Source of the DNA: a virus
Virus record (IMG/VR): IMGVR_UViG_3300032092_000011
Coordinates: 32,001 to 96,000 of that record
Direction: 5' to 3' (one strand)
DNA length: 64,000 nucleotides
In this document: piece by piece, positions 49,887 to 58,827 of the stretch
Layout: every line of letters starts with the position of its first letter
Numbering within the stretch: position 1 is the first letter of the stretch
Notes under the pieces: generated by a model
Database searches by the model: none
What the model was told of the DNA's origin: nothing
The model's input: only the letters and a program-made list of their open reading frames with translations
Program-made: the position numbers and the translations under genes

Positions 49887-52800
49887 TTATCCGCAATAAA
49901 GATAACCGTAGATTCCAGTTGCCTTACCTTCACTATCAAAAGTACAATCTTCCATACATTTACCCAATGTAAATGAATTTATAGTTTGTCTTTCCTCGTA
50001 TTGAGGTGTTCCATTGTCAAATCCAATAATGACATATTCAACTGGTTGTTTCATTGCGTATCCTGGTACGTCAGAAGAACATAGTAAATCTCCTTTTAGA
50101 ACTGGACCATTTTGGTTACATACTTTTATACCTTGTAATCCTGTTTTAGCATCGAATGAATCTCCTAATGAAGCAACTCTCCATATACTTTTTTGATTTC
50201 TGTCCGCCAATGGTATTTTATTTCCAAATGAATCTCTATATTGATAATCTTTTTCTGAAGTATCTTTTCCATTTATTAAGAATCTATCTAATGGACTTTC
50301 CTGTATAGAAAAATCAACTTCTTGCCATAAAATACCAACAATTGCCGGGTCTTTTGCAGAAGATGCTTTAACTAATTCATTGTTTCCATCTAATTTAACA
50401 AGATCTCCAACTTCTAATATAACATCATTTCTTTTAGTATATTGGTGAGACAATGTTGTTGCTATTGCTTCTCCATATGGTTGCTCACGAGGATCTGTAC
50501 CTCCTCTGTAATTTACATAGTCATCTGCGAGTAATTCAAAATCTTGTTGATATTGAATAAAATTAGTTTTCGTTGATTCAAAATCAGTTTTAAAAGCACC
50601 AAATCTTGTAGTTCCAATGTACGCATCATTTCTCATTTTAAGCATTTGACGTGCACCTAATTCCGGATCTTCAACGATGTCAACTTCAAAGAAATCATTC
50701 ATTGGACTTCCGCCTACCGTAGCACCTGAAGTAATATCAATATCTCCTTTAAATGCTGCGGTACCGTCTGGTGCAATATAGAAGTTTTTAGCATTGATTG
50801 CACCTAGATCTAAGTTAATACCCATACCAGCCGTAGAATAAGTATTCCATGCTGATGTGTGATTTGCTGGGAAGTTACCATTCTTAATTATACCAGTAGT
50901 TATCTTTCCACCATCAATAGTAGTGGATGTTGTTAAAAACTGAGAAGTATCTGGAGCTGGACCTTGTGGACCTGTGGCTCCCTGAATAGATTTTGCAAAA
51001 CTTTGAGTTTTAGTAAAGCTAAAACTTGCACCATTTGCTCTTTTTCCAGAAATCGTGTATGTTATCGATGCTGTATTAGCTGTCATATTATTATGATCGC
51101 CAATCGTTGCATAATTACCGCTATCAGTAATACTTCCCGGAGTAATTGAACTACCTGTTCTTGTTAAAGTCCATCTACTAGCAGAGGTTCCTGATCCATC
51201 ATAAATTAATTCAGTAGCTCCTTCATATAATCTTATGGTAGTTCCTGAACCAGTATAAGTAACAACACCAGCACTAGTTGTAGGTAAAGTATGCGCTTCA
51301 TTACTAAGAATTACTGTCATACCATCAGTACCAGGTGCTCCATCGATACCATTAACGCCATCAACTCCGTCTCTACCATTAACGCCATCAACTCCGTCTC
51401 TACCATTAGTACCATTAGTACCATTAGCACCATTAGTACCATTAGTTCCTGGTTTAATTCCAGACATTGTGATTTGGTCACGTGCTAAAACTGTACCTGT
51501 TGTACCGCCTTCTCTAATCTGTACTTCTATTTTGTCAGGCATACTGTCAAAACTAGATTGTGGAGTATATGTGTATGTTGTAGAAGTACCATTTTGAACA
51601 GATACATCATTTTTAAAGAATTGATAATATACAGTTCCGCTTGTATTTAAAGCAGCTGCAGTAATTGTAGTGCTTGTAGGAGATGGAGTTGTTCCAGAAG
51701 TATTATATACAAATACCTGATCTACACAAGTTAGGTTTACAGCTCTTGCATTTGCTCCAGCTGCACCGTCTGCTCCGTCTGCACCGTCAACACCATTAGC
51801 ACCTTGAATAGATTTTGCAAAACTTTGAGTTTTAGTAAAGCTAAAGCTTGTACCATTTGCTCTTTTTCCAGTAATAGCATACACTATAGAAGCTACGTTA
51901 GCAGTCATGTTGCTGTGATCGCCAATCGTTGCATAATTACCGCTATCAGTAATACTTCCCGGAGTAATTGAACTCCCTGTTCTTGTTAAAGTCCATTTAC
52001 CAGCGGTAGAACCAGATCCATCATAGACTAATTCAGTAGCGCCTTCATATAATCTTATAGTAGTTCCTGAACCAGCATATGTAACTGTTCCTGTGTTTGT
52101 TGTTGGCAGAGTATGTGCTTCATTACTAAGAATTACTGTCATACCATCAGTACCAGGTGCTCCATCGATACCATTAACGCCATCAACTCCGTCTCTACCA
52201 TCAGTACCATCAGTACCATTAGTTCCTGGTTTAATTCCAGACATTGTGATTTGGTCACGTGCTAAAACTGTGCCTGTTGTACCGCCTTCTCTAATCTGTA
52301 CTTCTATCTTGTCAGGCATGCTAGCAAAACTAGATTGTGGAGTATATGTGTATGTTGATGCTGTCCCATTTTGAACAGATACATCATTTTTAAAGAATTG
52401 ATAATATACAGTTCCGCTTGTATTTAAAGCAGCGGCTGTTATTACTGAACTAACTGGTGAAGGATTTGTTCCGGACGCATCATATACAAATACCTGATCT
52501 ACGCAAGTTAGGTTTACGGCTCTTGCATTTGCTCCAGCTGAACCGTCTGCTCCGTCTGCTCCGTCAACACCGTCAGCTCCTTTGACTAAAACCCAATTAT
52601 AAAGTGATGAATCTGTTGAATCAGCTTCGGTAAAATCAGTATAAGTTCCCATATACTCTCTACCAGTCGGATCGCTTACGCTAAAATCAATAATTTGATT
52701 GCTGCCATTTTTATTTGCATATGCAATATGTAAATATGAAGTTTGTCCATCAACACCATTAACACCAGGAAGACCATTCTCACCATTAGCTCCATCAGCA

Positions 52801-54854
52801 CCTTTAACTAATTGCCATTTCCATAAAGTACTTCCAGATGGTGCATCAGCAGCGGTTGTATCAACATAAGTACCTATGTATAATTTTCCGGCTGCGTTTT
52901 GACTAAAGCCTCCTCCAGAAGCATTGTCAGCATATGCAATGTGAAAATACGTTGAAACACCATCAGCGCCAGGAGCACCAGGAAGACCATCTGCACCGTC
53001 TAAACCATTAGTACCTGGGGCACCTTGTGGGCCAGGAGCTCCATCTACACCATTAGTACCAGCAGGACCTTGTGGACCGGCAGAAAAACTAACAGCTCCA
53101 TTAAATGCAACTTGTCCATCGATAATAGAGAATGGAGTTAATAATTGTCCATTTGGACCTCCAGTAGATACTTTAAAAGAATCTGCTGTAAATGAAATTG
53201 AACTACCTGTTTCATCAGCTCCTAATCTCATTCCAGCAACATTACCATCAGCATTTACTTCTAGAGTATATTGTGCATTTACTTTATTAGTAAGAGCATT
53301 AATATCAGCACTCATTGATTGAGTTACTCCAGCAGTTTGTTCTTCTAATTCTGCTATTAAATTAGTTGTTGAAGTTACAGTTGCTTGATTAGCAGTTGCA
53401 ATTGCTGAATCAATAACTGTTTTAAGAGCAGAAGACTGGCTAAAACCAGTTATTGATCCATTATCTATTGTATATTGTGCTTCTAGTGTATTTAATCTAG
53501 TTACAGTTGCTCCATCACCATTACTTAAAGAAGCAATCTCTTCACTAATATTTGTTAATGCCTCTGCTCTAATAGCAGCTTCTCCAGCAATTGCTTCAGC
53601 AATATCAACTTCGAATTGCGTACCTAAATTAGTAACTGAAAGAGCAACGGCTTCATTAGCAGTTGTTAATGCGGATATTGAACTTTCAACTCCTGCAATT
53701 GCCTGTGTTCTTAAAAGATTTTGATTATCTTCTAGGTCTGTTAAATCACTTGCAAATGAAGCACTTAAATTAGTTACTGCTTGTGCAGTTGCTGAATTAG
53801 CATCATTTAACGTAGTCAATGTTTGATTTATACTGGAAATTGCTGATGTTCTTGCTTGAGTTTCAATTCCTAAAAGTCGTGCTCTTTCAGCAGCTTCTTC
53901 AGCAATAGCACTAACTCTTTCAGCAGCTTCTGCTTCTAAATCTTCAATTGTTGCTAATCCAGTTAAATCAGCACCTGGAATTGAACTTACAGCACTTTGA
54001 ATTGCTGATGTTCTAGCCAATACTTCAGCTGCTAGAGCATTTTGTCTTGCTAATGCTTCAGTTGAAATTGCTCCAGTAATTTCACTAGTAAAAGATGTGC
54101 TTAAATCCGTAACTGATTGCGCAGTTGCTTCATTAGCATTAGATAGTGAAGTTAAAGTTTGATTAATATCTGAAATTGCAGATATTCTTAATGCTGCTTC
54201 AGAACTAACAGCAGCTTCAATTTCAGCTTCAAAAGAAGTATTTATATTATTTACTGTTTCGGCAAGAGCTTCATTAGCATTAGATAATGAAGTTATAGTT
54301 TGATTTATATTTGAAATTGCAGCTGTTCTTGCTAATGTTTCAGCGCCAACTGCTGTTTCAATTTCAGCTTCAAAAGAAGTATTTATATTATTTACAGTTT
54401 GTGCGAGTGCTGAATTTGAATTAGCTAATGTTGTTAATTGACTAGTTACGCTTGTTAATGCTTGTGTTCTAGCTGTTGTTTCTAAACCAATAACTCGGGC
54501 TCTTTCAGCTGCTTCTTCTAATAATCTACTATTAGTAACTAATTCATTACCATTAACTTGCATATTACCATTAGCCATGCTAATTGAATTTGATCCAAGA
54601 TAGATTGTGCTGTTACTTAAGTAAATATCTCTAAATCTTAGAGTTGGCGTACCTAAATCATGAATTTCATTTTGATCAGGTATAATACTAAATGCAACTT
54701 GTCCATTAAAAGACGAACCAGTCCCGCCTTCAAAACCATCAAGTAGTTCAGAAATTTCAGTAAGTTGCTGATTAATTGCAGCAAAATTATCGTTAAGCGT
54801 TTTACGCGAATCTTTTATACCATCGGTTCCTAGTAGTGGTGTTATTGAAGCCAT
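49887..54854 (-). CDS. mosaic tail fibre / host-specificity protein
   Basis: Coiled-coil repeats; lambda J/DUF1983-like YTLEVNADGNVAGMRLG..FTADSF; HIAYA..GTY repeats; collagen linkers; C-terminal NQNGPVLKGDLLCSSDVPGYAMKQ chaperone-like domain. Confidence 0.8.
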   Translation of the reverse strand: MASITPLLGTDGIKDSRKTLNDNFAAINQQLTEISELLDGFEGGTGSSFNGQVAFSIIPDQNEIHDLGTPTLRFRDIYLSNSTIYLGSNSISMANGNMQVNGNELVTNSRLLEEAAERARVIGLETTARTQALTSVTSQLTTLANSNSALAQTVNNINTSFEAEIETAVGAETLARTAAISNINQTITSLSNANEALAETVNNINTSFEAEIEAAVSSEAALRISAISDINQTLTSLSNANEATAQSVTDLSTSFTSEITGAISTEALARQNALAAEVLARTSAIQSAVSSIPGADLTGLATIEDLEAEAAERVSAIAEEAAERARLLGIETQARTSAISSINQTLTTLNDANSATAQAVTNLSASFASDLTDLEDNQNLLRTQAIAGVESSISALTTANEAVALSVTNLGTQFEVDIAEAIAGEAAIRAEALTNISEEIASLSNGDGATVTRLNTLEAQYTIDNGSITGFSQSSALKTVIDSAIATANQATVTSTTNLIAELEEQTAGVTQSMSADINALTNKVNAQYTLEVNADGNVAGMRLGADETGSSISFTADSFKVSTGGPNGQLLTPFSIIDGQVAFNGAVSFSAGPQGPAGTNGVDGAPGPQGAPGTNGLDGADGLPGAPGADGVSTYFHIAYADNASGGGFSQNAAGKLYIGTYVDTTAADAPSGSTLWKWQLVKGADGANGENGLPGVNGVDGQTSYLHIAYANKNGSNQIIDFSVSDPTGREYMGTYTDFTEADSTDSSLYNWVLVKGADGVDGADGADGSAGANARAVNLTCVDQVFVYDASGTNPSPVSSVITAAALNTSGTVYYQFFKNDVSVQNGTASTYTYTPQSSFASMPDKIEVQIREGGTTGTVLARDQITMSGIKPGTNGTDGTDGRDGVDGVNGIDGAPGTDGMTVILSNEAHTLPTTNTGTVTYAGSGTTIRLYEGATELVYDGSGSTAGKWTLTRTGSSITPGSITDSGNYATIGDHSNMTANVASIVYAITGKRANGTSFSFTKTQSFAKSIQGANGVDGADGADGAAGANARAVNLTCVDQVFVYNTSGTTPSPTSTTITAAALNTSGTVYYQFFKNDVSVQNGTSTTYTYTPQSSFDSMPDKIEVQIREGGTTGTVLARDQITMSGIKPGTNGTNGANGTNGTNGRDGVDGVNGRDGVDGVNGIDGAPGTDGMTVILSNEAHTLPTTSAGVVTYTGSGTTIRLYEGATELIYDGSGTSASRWTLTRTGSSITPGSITDSGNYATIGDHNNMTANTASITYTISGKRANGASFSFTKTQSFAKSIQGATGPQGPAPDTSQFLTTSTTIDGGKITTGIIKNGNFPANHTSAWNTYSTAGMGINLDLGAINAKNFYIAPDGTAAFKGDIDITSGATVGGSPMNDFFEVDIVEDPELGARQMLKMRNDAYIGTTRFGAFKTDFESTKTNFIQYQQDFELLADDYVNYRGGTDPREQPYGEAIATTLSHQYTKRNDVILEVGDLVKLDGNNELVKASSAKDPAIVGILWQEVDFSIQESPLDRFLINGKDTSEKDYQYRDSFGNKIPLADRNQKSIWRVASLGDSFDAKTGLQGIKVCNQNGPVLKGDLLCSSDVPGYAMKQPVEYVIIGFDNGTPQYEERQTINSFTLGKCMEDCTFDSEGKATGIYGYLYCG
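50984..52570 (-). repeat. internal tandem duplication (~0.8 kb, 2 copies) in the fibre gene
   Basis: GANARAVNLTCVDQVFVY...KTQSFAKSIQG block repeated with high DNA identity. Confidence 0.85.
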
Positions 54855-54905
54855 TTCTTAGTTATTTTATATTTTAAATATCGTATTATATATTTAGTTT
54901 TTTTG

Positions 54906-54990
54906 CGGAAGCTACAGGATTCGAACCTGTGGGACCGTGAAGTCCGCCACTTTAGCAAAGTGGCACGATAGACCGCTCTGACAAACTTCC
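54906..54990 (-). tRNA. tRNA-Ser(GCU)
   Basis: CCACT-TTGCTAA-AGTGG; long variable arm. Confidence 0.93.
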
Positions 54991-54992
54991 AA

Positions 54993-55069
54993 TGGGGTGA
55001 CCAGTGGGGATCGAACCCACGACAACTAGAACCACAATCTAGTGCTCTACCAACTGAGCTATGGCCACC
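54993..55069 (-). tRNA. tRNA-His(GUG), G-1 and CCA encoded
   Basis: CTAGA-TTGTGGT-TCTAG. Confidence 0.95.
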
Positions 55070-55074
55070 ATGTG

Positions 55075-55149
55075 TTGCGAGACCGGGACTCGAACCCGGA
55101 ACTTCGGCTTATGAGACCGACGAGATAACCATTTTCTACGCATCTCGCA
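55075..55149 (-). tRNA. tRNA-Met(CAU)
   Basis: TCGGT-CTCATAA-GCCGA. Confidence 0.88.
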
Positions 55150-55156
55150 ATATAAT

Positions 55157-55286
55157 AAAAAGAGGTTTCGGGTCTTTCAGGGTTACTGATTATTAATGTT
55201 AAGGAGATGGGTGCACTGTCTACTCTAAACCCTTTTTCGACCTTTTTCCATCTAATTAATAATTACAGCTTCACTACCTCTTTTTT
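55157..55286 (-). ncRNA. candidate rod-shaped ncRNA with internal bubbles (6S-like shape)
   Basis: Nested stems AAAAGAGGT/ACCTCTTTT, ATTATTAAT/ATTAATAAT and AGATGG/CCATCT. Confidence 0.5.
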
Positions 55287-55287
55287 G

Positions 55288-55359
55288 TAGTCAATAAAGG
55301 ATTCGAACCCTTATCTCTTGATCCGTAGTCAAGTGTTCTATCCGTTGAACTAATCGACT
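55288..55359 (-). tRNA. tRNA-Arg(ACG)
   Basis: CTTGA-CTACGGA-TCAAG. Confidence 0.95.
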
Positions 55360-55367
55360 AAATTATG

Positions 55368-55441
55368 TGGACCAGCCTGGGCTCGAACCAGGGACCTACG
55401 CATTATGAGTGCGGTGCTCTAACCAACTGAGCTACAAGTCC
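55368..55441 (-). tRNA. tRNA(CAU), probably Ile2 (lysidine)
   Basis: CGCA-CTCATAA-TGCG; Ile-type body GGACTTG..CTGGTCCA; third CAU tRNA in the window. Confidence 0.8.
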
Positions 55442-55447
55442 ATTTTG

Positions 55448-55518
55448 CACGGGTGGAGAGATTCGAACTCCCATCGACGGTTTTGGAGACCGGAATGCTA
55501 CCATTGCACCACACCCGT
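55448..55518 (-). tRNA. tRNA-Trp(CCA)
   Basis: CGGT-CTCCAAA-ACCG. Confidence 0.93.
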
Positions 55519-55521
55519 AAA

Positions 55522-55659
55522 TTAAGGAAAAGAGAAGATGGTTCAGTGGACATCTCTTTTTACAATCGGCTTTACTTTGGTTTATACCTGCAAACTCCGA
55601 TAATAACGATCAGTATAAACTCTTGAATCATAGTTATTATCATTCCCCGATTAACCTTA
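55522..55659 (-). ncRNA. candidate multi-stem ncRNA
   Basis: TAAGG/CCTTA, AATCGG/CCGATT, GATAATAAC/GTTATTATC and AGATG/CATCT stems. Confidence 0.5.
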
Positions 55660-55660
55660 G

Positions 55661-55742
55661 TGCCTGCAGAAGGACTCGAACCTCCGAACCCGTAAGGGAG
55701 CTGATTTACAGTCAGCTGCAATTGCCGCTATGCGATACAGGC
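55661..55742 (-). tRNA. tRNA-Tyr(GUA)
   Basis: GCTGA-CTGTAAA-TCAGC. Confidence 0.95.
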
Positions 55743-55814
55743 AAATTCCAATTTTGATGGGCTCATCTGATAATATGTTTCAATTACCCAGCACTTGAGA
55801 TTGGGAACTCCTAG

Positions 55815-55889
55815 TACATCTTGAAGGATTCGAACCTCCGACCCTCTCGGTGTAAACGAGATGCTCTAAACCAACTGAGCTAAAGATGC
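55815..55889 (-). tRNA. tRNA-Val(UAC)
   Basis: TCTCG-TTTACAC-CGAGA. Confidence 0.95.
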
Positions 55890-55894
55890 ATGGC

Positions 55895-55988
55895 GCTTCA
55901 TATTATTCACAATTGATAATCATATTGGATTATCCACTCAAACTTACGACAGCTTTTAACTGAGAGATCGTAAGATTGTGTATGAAGC
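55895..55988 (-). ncRNA. candidate structured spacer RNA
   Basis: GCTTCATA/TATGAAGC closing helix; CTTACGA/TCGTAAG and GATAATC/GATTATC stems. Confidence 0.5.
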
Positions 55989-55993
55989 ATGTG

Positions 55994-56067
55994 TGACCCC
56001 GACAAGATTCGAACTTGTGACTCCCTCATTAAAAGTGAGGTGCTCTAGCCAACTGAGCTACGAGGTC
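55994..56067 (-). tRNA. tRNA-Lys(UUU)
   Basis: CCTCA-CTTTTAA-TGAGG. Confidence 0.95.
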
Positions 56068-56161
56068 AAATTTCGTCTTTTCCTTACCGCTTACTATTCA
56101 CATTGCCAGTCCGAAGTTACTGTCGGATGCTTACTTCTTTCGAAGAGTCAATAGTACATTG

Positions 56162-56233
56162 AGCAGGTAGAGAGAATCGAACTCTCATCTCCAGATTGGA
56201 AGTCTGGAGTAATAGCCGTTATACGATACCTGC
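56162..56233 (-). tRNA. tRNA-Gly(UCC)
   Basis: CCAGA-CTTCCAA-TCTGG. Confidence 0.95.
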
Positions 56234-56239
56234 TTGTTG

Positions 56240-56315
56240 TCGGATAGGCAAGATTCGAACTTGCGTGCTCTGCATCCCAAATGCAGCGAGATAAACCTAA
56301 CTCCTCTACTATCCG
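56240..56315 (-). tRNA. tRNA-Pro(UGG)
   Basis: CTGCA-TTTGGGA-TGCAG. Confidence 0.93.
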
Positions 56316-56324
56316 TTTATTTTG

Positions 56325-56397
56325 TGGTGCGGGGCAGGATCGAACTGCCGACACCAGGATTTTCAGTCCTGTGCTCTACCTACTGAGCTACCGCACC
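56325..56397 (-). tRNA. tRNA-Phe(GAA)
   Basis: CAGGA-CTGAAAA-TCCTG. Confidence 0.95.
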
Positions 56398-56403
56398 AAG
56401 TTG

Positions 56404-56473
56404 AGTACAAGGTTGGAATCGAACCAACTCCGCAGATTTTGCAGACCTGCTGGCCTCCAAGACCAACTCGTAC
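56404..56473 (-). tRNA. tRNA-Cys(GCA)
   Basis: GCAGG-TCTGCAAAA-TCTGC region with GCA anticodon; short D-arm. Confidence 0.88.
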
Positions 56474-56486
56474 TTTTTTTGCCAAT

Positions 56487-56498
56487 ATGTCAAAGAAC
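56487..56498 (-). promoter_or_regulatory. boxA-like antitermination element
   Basis: GTTCTTTGACAT just before the first tRNA; identical copy at 42670-42681. Confidence 0.6.
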
Positions 56499-56516
56499 TC
56501 TTGTTCCTAAAACTTT

Positions 56517-56560
56517 ATGCTAATATAAACAAAAAGTTTCAAATAAAAAAATATTTCAAA
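56517..56560 (-). promoter_or_regulatory. class I promoter variant for the tRNA array
   Basis: TTTTTATTTGAAACTTTTTGTTTATATTAGCAT. Confidence 0.55.
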
Positions 56561-56583
56561 AACTTTTTCACTTTCACCTAAAT

Positions 56584-56615
56584 AAAAAAAGCTCGACTTT
56601 TAACGGTCGAGCTTT
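56584..56615 (-). terminator. attenuator terminator hairpin
   Basis: AAAGCTCGAC-cgttaaaa-GTCGAGCTTTTTTT. Confidence 0.9.
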
Positions 56616-56644
56616 CTTGTTAGGATATATGAATATTCAAACTG

Positions 56645-56737
56645 TTACAAGAGAGCCCGCCCACGATCACATGCGCCATACGGTTTAACGCTAAACCATA
56701 AATTCATGTTTTCGATATGTTGCCCTATTCGTTGCAT
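56645..56737 (-). CDS. leader (attenuator) peptide of the tRNA operon (missing from the ORF track)
   Basis: MQRIGQHIENMNLWFSVKPYGACDRGRALL*; its 3' end pairs 14/16 with the terminator 5' arm. Confidence 0.85.
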   Translation of the reverse strand: MQRIGQHIENMNLWFSVKPYGACDRGRALL

Positions 56738-56757
56738 TAGTTTGTTATTTTTGTAGT

Positions 56758-56786
56758 ATTATAATCTATATATCGGTATTGTTTCA
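56758..56786 (-). promoter_or_regulatory. class II promoter TGAAAC-N17-TATAAT (with embedded GATATATA) for the leader
   Basis: Exact motif about 20 nt upstream of the leader ATG. Confidence 0.7.
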
Positions 56787-56790
56787 AAAA

Positions 56791-57009
56791 TTATTGATTT
56801 TTATCAAATTTTTTACAATCAATTTTTCCTACTTCCTGATAAGCTTGAAATAAGAGTGTTAAAGCTTCATCGACTTTGGTCGAAACTTCTTTCTCTAGCT
56901 TACATACTGGATGCTGTAATATATGGTCATCTATTGTACTCATAATTACATGAAGTCGATCCAGCATTTCATGATAATGAAATTTATCTAATTTATCTTT
57001 TACACTCAT
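56791..57009 (-). CDS. conserved hypothetical protein
   Basis: DKFHYHEMLDR...HILQHP. Confidence 0.7.
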   Translation of the reverse strand: MSVKDKLDKFHYHEMLDRLHVIMSTIDDHILQHPVCKLEKEVSTKVDEALTLLFQAYQEVGKIDCKKFDKNQ

Positions 57010-57704
57010 ATAAATGAATCTAGTGTTACTATTTTAAGACCGCATAATTTATCGCAAATTTCTCTAGAAAAATCTTGATCTGATTGATAGTGAATTCCGC
57101 CTTGTACTCTAGTGTGTGCAACTTTATCACAAAACTCTGCAATTTTTTCTGCATGTTCTGGATATTTTTGACCAAGAATAGAAGCAATCATATATGAATC
57201 AAGAGCATGTCCACTTGGGTACGATGCAGTTGCAGCATTAGTCGGGCAAACTTGAAACATTCCAATTCCTAAAGGTCTTGCTAATTGCCATGGTCTTGCT
57301 CTATTATAATAATTCTTTAATTTATAAAGAAGAGGATCTGTAAAATCTGCGATTTTCTTTATTAAATCTTCATTGTCATCTAAACCTAACTCTTCTAGAA
57401 ATTCGCCAATCACTTCATTAATATCTTTTTCAACATCTTCAATTAACTCAATATCTTTATCAGTTAAATTATTTTGTTGTTTTAAAATGCTTTGTAATTC
57501 TTCAGCAGCTTCTGGACTTGAATTCTTTGGAAAAGGCTTGTTAAAGAATTCTTCTAAGATTCCTTTTTCACGACACATCTTCATAACAAGAGGTTCTTCT
57601 TCAACCATATATGTTTTACGATGTTTTAATGCTTCATTACCATAACCAAGCATATCAATTTGGTTAAAGTCAGCAAACTCATTATATGATTTAATTTTTG
57701 CCAT
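57006..57704 (-). CDS. PAP2-superfamily acid phosphatase with variant CTS
   Basis: K..YNRARP, SYPSGH, RVQGGIHYQSD; N-terminus MAKIKSYNEF. Confidence 0.85.
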   Translation of the reverse strand: MAKIKSYNEFADFNQIDMLGYGNEALKHRKTYMVEEEPLVMKMCREKGILEEFFNKPFPKNSSPEAAEELQSILKQQNNLTDKDIELIEDVEKDINEVIGEFLEELGLDDNEDLIKKIADFTDPLLYKLKNYYNRARPWQLARPLGIGMFQVCPTNAATASYPSGHALDSYMIASILGQKYPEHAEKIAEFCDKVAHTRVQGGIHYQSDQDFSREICDKLCGLKIVTLDSFI

Positions 57705-58200
57705 TTTTAATCTTCTTTGTTATTTTTTTAAGACCTTCGTTCATAATACGATTCTGCTCTGTTAAAGTTTCATCAATTTGAATAATTGTTCGTTGCGATG
57801 ATTCCATTTTAAGAACCCTTTCATCTCCTTCAGAACCTTCATCTATTATATTAGTTTTTTGAAGATTTGTTTTATTTGGTACCTTACAATTTGCTGCAGT
57901 TCTTTGTAAATCTTCAATCATTTTTAAAATTTCTTGCTCTCTTTGAAATACTCTATCAGTGCATTCAATTTGTGTTTCTTGAACTCGTAGATTAAGGTCT
58001 GACACTTCTTTTCTAAGTTGATTAATCTCATTAGCCTTTTCGGTTAATTGAGTCTTTAGCTCAGTATCGTCATACGTTAGTGAAGAAACTATTTTGGGAC
58101 CAACTGTAATAAAAGTTATTGACAATAATAAAATACACAAGGCCAGTATTCTCTGACCCTGTGTAAACTTACTTAATATTTGTGATATGTACTTAAACAT
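57691..58200 (-). CDS. TM plus coiled-coil protein (i-spanin-like position)
   Basis: N-terminal TM and long coiled coil, coupled to the putative endolysin. Confidence 0.6.
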   Translation of the reverse strand: MFKYISQILSKFTQGQRILALCILLLSITFITVGPKIVSSLTYDDTELKTQLTEKANEINQLRKEVSDLNLRVQETQIECTDRVFQREQEILKMIEDLQRTAANCKVPNKTNLQKTNIIDEGSEGDERVLKMESSQRTIIQIDETLTEQNRIMNEGLKKITKKIKNGKN

Positions 58201-58790
58201 TATTTAATATCACTTGATTCAATCAATGTATAAGTGAATGACTTACCATGGATTGCAGCTGCTTTTCTACAAATTGCCATAAATGATTCAAAATCTGCAG
58301 CTTTTTTAAATACTTGACATCCTTCTGACCAGTTTTCAACATAAGTCGAATCAGCGCCAGCTTTGTGAATATTAATACCGAAGATACCTTCTTGAATTTT
58401 AGACTCATCATAAGTCATATCTCTATTTGGATCACGATAAACTTTTACGGGTTTTTGTTGCTTAAGAGCTTCATATTTACCTTGGTGTAAACCTAAAGTA
58501 TGCGAACCTCTATATTGACCTTCAACTAATCTAGCAACACCAGCAGCATTATGATATTCTTTAACACCTTTAGTTCCTGGATCTGTTGTACAAGGCCAGA
58601 AATGGAATTTCCATGCGCCGCCTTCTTTATATGAAACAGTCATAATGTCATCAAATACATTGGTAACTTTATTTCCCGTAGCTGAATTTCTAACTCCTAC
58701 GATATTAACATCGAAATCTTTGGCACCTTCAAACCACGCATATCCTTTTGCTTTTACCGCGGCTTCGATTTGTTCTCTTGTGTAACTCAT
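58200..58790 (-). CDS. putative endolysin (L,D-transpeptidase-like His/Cys fold)
   Basis: TTDPG, GINIHKAG...WSEGCQV. Confidence 0.7.
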   Translation of the reverse strand: MSYTREQIEAAVKAKGYAWFEGAKDFDVNIVGVRNSATGNKVTNVFDDIMTVSYKEGGAWKFHFWPCTTDPGTKGVKEYHNAAGVARLVEGQYRGSHTLGLHQGKYEALKQQKPVKVYRDPNRDMTYDESKIQEGIFGINIHKAGADSTYVENWSEGCQVFKKAADFESFMAICRKAAAIHGKSFTYTLIESSDIK

Positions 58791-58827
58791 AACTAATTAT
58801 TATTTTTATTTTAGGATATTTATTCTT

